Positions 45,001 to 46,324 of a stretch of 46,324 nucleotides of DNA are shown one piece after another. Below the pieces are notes generated by a model that made no database searches, was not told the DNA's origin, and saw only the letters and a program-made list of their open reading frames with translations. Numbering within the stretch: position 1 is the first letter of the stretch; each line of letters begins with the position of its first letter. The position numbers and the translations under genes were made by a program. This DNA comes from Candidatus Shapirobacteria bacterium (GTDB lineage: Bacteria; Patescibacteriota; Microgenomatia; UBA12405; JAUWLS01), in NCBI GenBank assembly GCA_030613565.1, contig JAUWLS010000004.1, positions 1-46,324 on the forward strand, given 5' to 3'.

Positions 45001-45090
45001 TATCCAGAGGCAACAATAGTGAGCGGAAAGCTTTTGTATTCAGATCAGATTGAAAAAGACTTAAAGATTGGGGTGGAGTTGGGAAAGTAG
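42007..45090 (+). CDS. DUF4012-domain membrane protein with an N-terminal degenerate NAD-dependent epimerase-like domain
   Basis: IVYGMGSFLAKHV, VYGPGM, LYVNDLV; Glu/Lys-rich linker; TM; LLQNEMEIRPTGGFIGS, LRDANWDPDF, ANVGVNKAN, YVRVYVP, QKQAG. Confidence 0.85.
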   Translation: MSERGFSKIEFGAENPVTIVYGMGSFLAKHVCEELVRKGLNVLGVGEVDEKSISFLENEKQFRHVNYLVDSWAEKIDPAYVFDLEGSEELWKWVEKWGSRIVILQDWKDNEEGYKKRDMDWRVVKTGMVYGPGMMFSDSGWLGKVFQEAVGNERMIFPGKKTDEWPVLYVNDLVELLMGACFFPNVSKEVLEVGGREVELGKFAKVLEDVGKTTKGMGFEGGVLPWSVAKEKMGIEERVSWEAETEIEEGVRLTMQDFFQRKEKGENLGKTTRVEEKKVEIKEEEPIEEEKIEKKRYQTVEVLGSEKEEGESETKEKFEETVAVTPLKEEVKEVEEEIDWLKRVEEKIEREVEEKMEIEKEEIAAPVEKKKEFGISEQEEVVRFFAEEKKGLGFGKRVKKEKQKVEKVGKKRGWGKWLTIVLLVGFLSLISGPIFMIVDGYLVFKDLSKVKSLVVSKNWGLAEEVLVTSKKRVERMEGKIGRWGVRDWLWGRRFSDLVVLEREVLEVGEIGLELVKTGDTFSQGVFQAEVVDWEGEFLRLGENLEELEEGLSMVQARMIGDWGWLPGKWRGEPRKWGERIGEGKDKISYLRESLPVWEYVLGVGGEKREFLVLLQNEMEIRPTGGFIGSVGFLSFQDGQFLDFSIKDVYSLDGQLKGHVDPPEELEKYLGEPGWYLRDANWDPDFSKSVTDINWFLEKETGKKVDGVIGMNLAVAEKIVGVVEKVYIPDYEEEITVENLYEQAELYSENKFFPGSSQKATFLGMLGKVLLEEVRLLGPDGYLKLGEALLGSLEEGELMISFNKGEGVEESRRILSDTGWDGQLQKVSCSKSGCGVNYLHINEANVGVNKANYFLKRGVEQVVDLRVDGFSSVVKINYENTARTSAWPAGDYKAYVRVYVPRKSKVDWVKIGGEGEEGLKISGDDLSEKTVGDKKELGFLLKVPVSEKRKVEVKYSLDFSKAGESLSFIYYLQKQAGWGNRTPFSLVISVPEGWNPLQVYPEATIVSGKLLYSDQIEKDLKIGVELGK

Positions 45091-45091
45091 G

Positions 45092-45391
45092 ATGAAAAAT
45101 TTTATAAGAAAGAGGGAAGATTTTATTTGTGAGGTTTGTGGGGAAGAAGTTTTGGGGGATGGTTATACAGATCATTGTCCGAAATGTTTGTGGGGGAAGC
45201 ATGTGGATGAGGAGGTTCCAGGAGATAGGAATTCAGAATGTGGAGGATTAATGAGACCAATAAAGGCTTTGCATGAGAAGGGGAGGTTTAAGATATTTTA
45301 TAAATGTGAGGAATGCGATCATGAATTTGGGGTTAAGGAAGGTAAAAATGACAAGAGAGAAAAACTTTTGGAACTATCAAGAATGGTTTAG
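45092..45391 (+). CDS. RNHCP-domain zinc-ribbon protein
   Basis: FICEVCG, YTDHCPKCLWGKHVD..PGDR..ECGGLM, CEEC; start moved to ATG 45092. Confidence 0.9.
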   Translation: MKNFIRKREDFICEVCGEEVLGDGYTDHCPKCLWGKHVDEEVPGDRNSECGGLMRPIKALHEKGRFKIFYKCEECDHEFGVKEGKNDKREKLLELSRMV

Positions 45392-45462
45392 TGCGGATAA
45401 AATTCAGACATTGTGCGGTATTTGTGGAGAAAAGAAGATTAAGGCTTGTGGTAGAATGAGCC

Positions 45463-46265
45463 GTGGCTAGCAAAAAGAAAAAAGAAGTTAAAAAAACAAG
45501 TAAGAAAAAAGGTTTGGACTGGGATAGTTTACCTAAAGAGCTTAAGGATAAATTACCAAAACAAATGAAGGTAAAAAAGATGGTAGTGATTAATCCAAAG
45601 AACGTGATGAGATGGATTTTGTATCTTTTGATTGGGTTTTATTTTTTAGGAATGGTTCTAACTGCACTGGGTCCGGAGGTTTCAAAGATAAGCCTCTCAG
45701 AAGCGATAAGAGACATTAAGGAAGGAAGGGTGGAGAGTATAAAGGTAACAGGGGATAAGATTTCACTGAAACTGACTGACGGAGCAGGAGTGGTAGTAAC
45801 AGAGAAAGAAGAGGACGTTAGTTTTTCAGAAATATTAAATGATGCTGACGTGGACACTTCTAGTTTGGACTTTGAGGTGGATAATATGTCAGGGATGAAG
45901 ACGTTTGGAAATGTGGTTTTAAATTTATTATCAATTGGTTTGCCTCTTATTTTCATCTATTTTATTTTTAGACAAGTCGGAAAGGCACAGGGTGGAGTTT
46001 TTAACTTTGGGAAATCAAAAGCAAAGTTATTTATAAAGGGAAAACAAAAGACGACCTTTAAAGATGTGGCAGGAGTGGAAGAAGCAAAGGAAGAGTTGGA
46101 AGAAATAGTAGATTTTTTGAAGCATCCTGAAAAGTACAGAAAGATGGGAGCGAGGATTCCAAGAGGAGTTTTATTGGTAGGTCCGAGTGGAGTAGGAAAA
46201 ACTCTGTTGGCGCGTGCTGTGGCAGGTGAAACAGGAGTGGCATTTTTTTCAATGGCAGGGAGTGA
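45463..46265 (+). CDS. ftsH: ATP-dependent zinc metalloprotease FtsH, truncated at the end of the sequence
   Basis: Two TMs, [59 protein letters not shown]; homology breaks off after about 46265. Confidence 0.95.
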
Positions 46266-46278
46266 CGCATCTGCACGC

Positions 46279-46323
46279 GATCAGGGCGACCAGCATAGTA
46301 AACTATAGCTGGTCGCCCTGATC
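46279..46323. repeat. Terminal 16-bp perfect inverted repeat (hairpin) in foreign-looking sequence
   Basis: GATCAGGGCGACCAGC-13nt-GCTGGTCGCCCTGATC; GC-rich and lacks the window's skew. Confidence 0.85.
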
Positions 46324-46324
46324 A

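Noticed and set aside
45392-45431. Two DnaA-box-like 9-mers (TGCGGATAA, TGTGGAGAA) upstream of ftsH
   Set aside because: Each has a mismatch, and such matches are expected by chance on a G/A/T-rich strand.
1-46324. CRISPR arrays, tRNA genes, IS elements, integron attC sites, 16S introns
   Set aside because: No regularly spaced repeats, cloverleaf motifs, transposase ORFs or attC-like structures recognised by eye, and the 16S length is normal. Small structured RNAs could have been missed without covariance-model searches.

Overview
46.3-kb chromosomal fragment of a Patescibacteria/CPR bacterium, most likely Microgenomates, judged from the divergent 16S and the PrgI/VirB4/pilin and DUF5657/DUF4012-type gene content. 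It uses genetic code 11 (TGA ends many genes). It contains the origin cluster (dnaN-oriC-dnaA / rpmH-rnpA-yidD-yidC-jag), a solitary 16S rRNA gene, recF, xth, uppS, trxB, a stand-alone 5'-3' exonuclease, cell-envelope genes, three type II toxin-antitoxin pairs, VirB2-like pilins and a CPR T4SS-like cluster, and ends in a truncated ftsH. Main observations: (1) a strong G>C excess on the + strand does not invert at a well-formed oriC; (2) most genes have a -10 box 5-9 nt before the start codon and no Shine-Dalgarno, suggesting pervasive leaderless mRNAs; (3) a Nudix-like / HD / GAF-class III cyclase cassette has non-canonical active-site residues in all three proteins, and its Nudix gene lies between 59-bp direct repeats; (4) a single TGA splits the catalytic Cys from the His of a CHAP domain; (5) several orphan Cys-rich microproteins each have their own -10 box. 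All family assignments come from motif recognition by eye; no searches were run.
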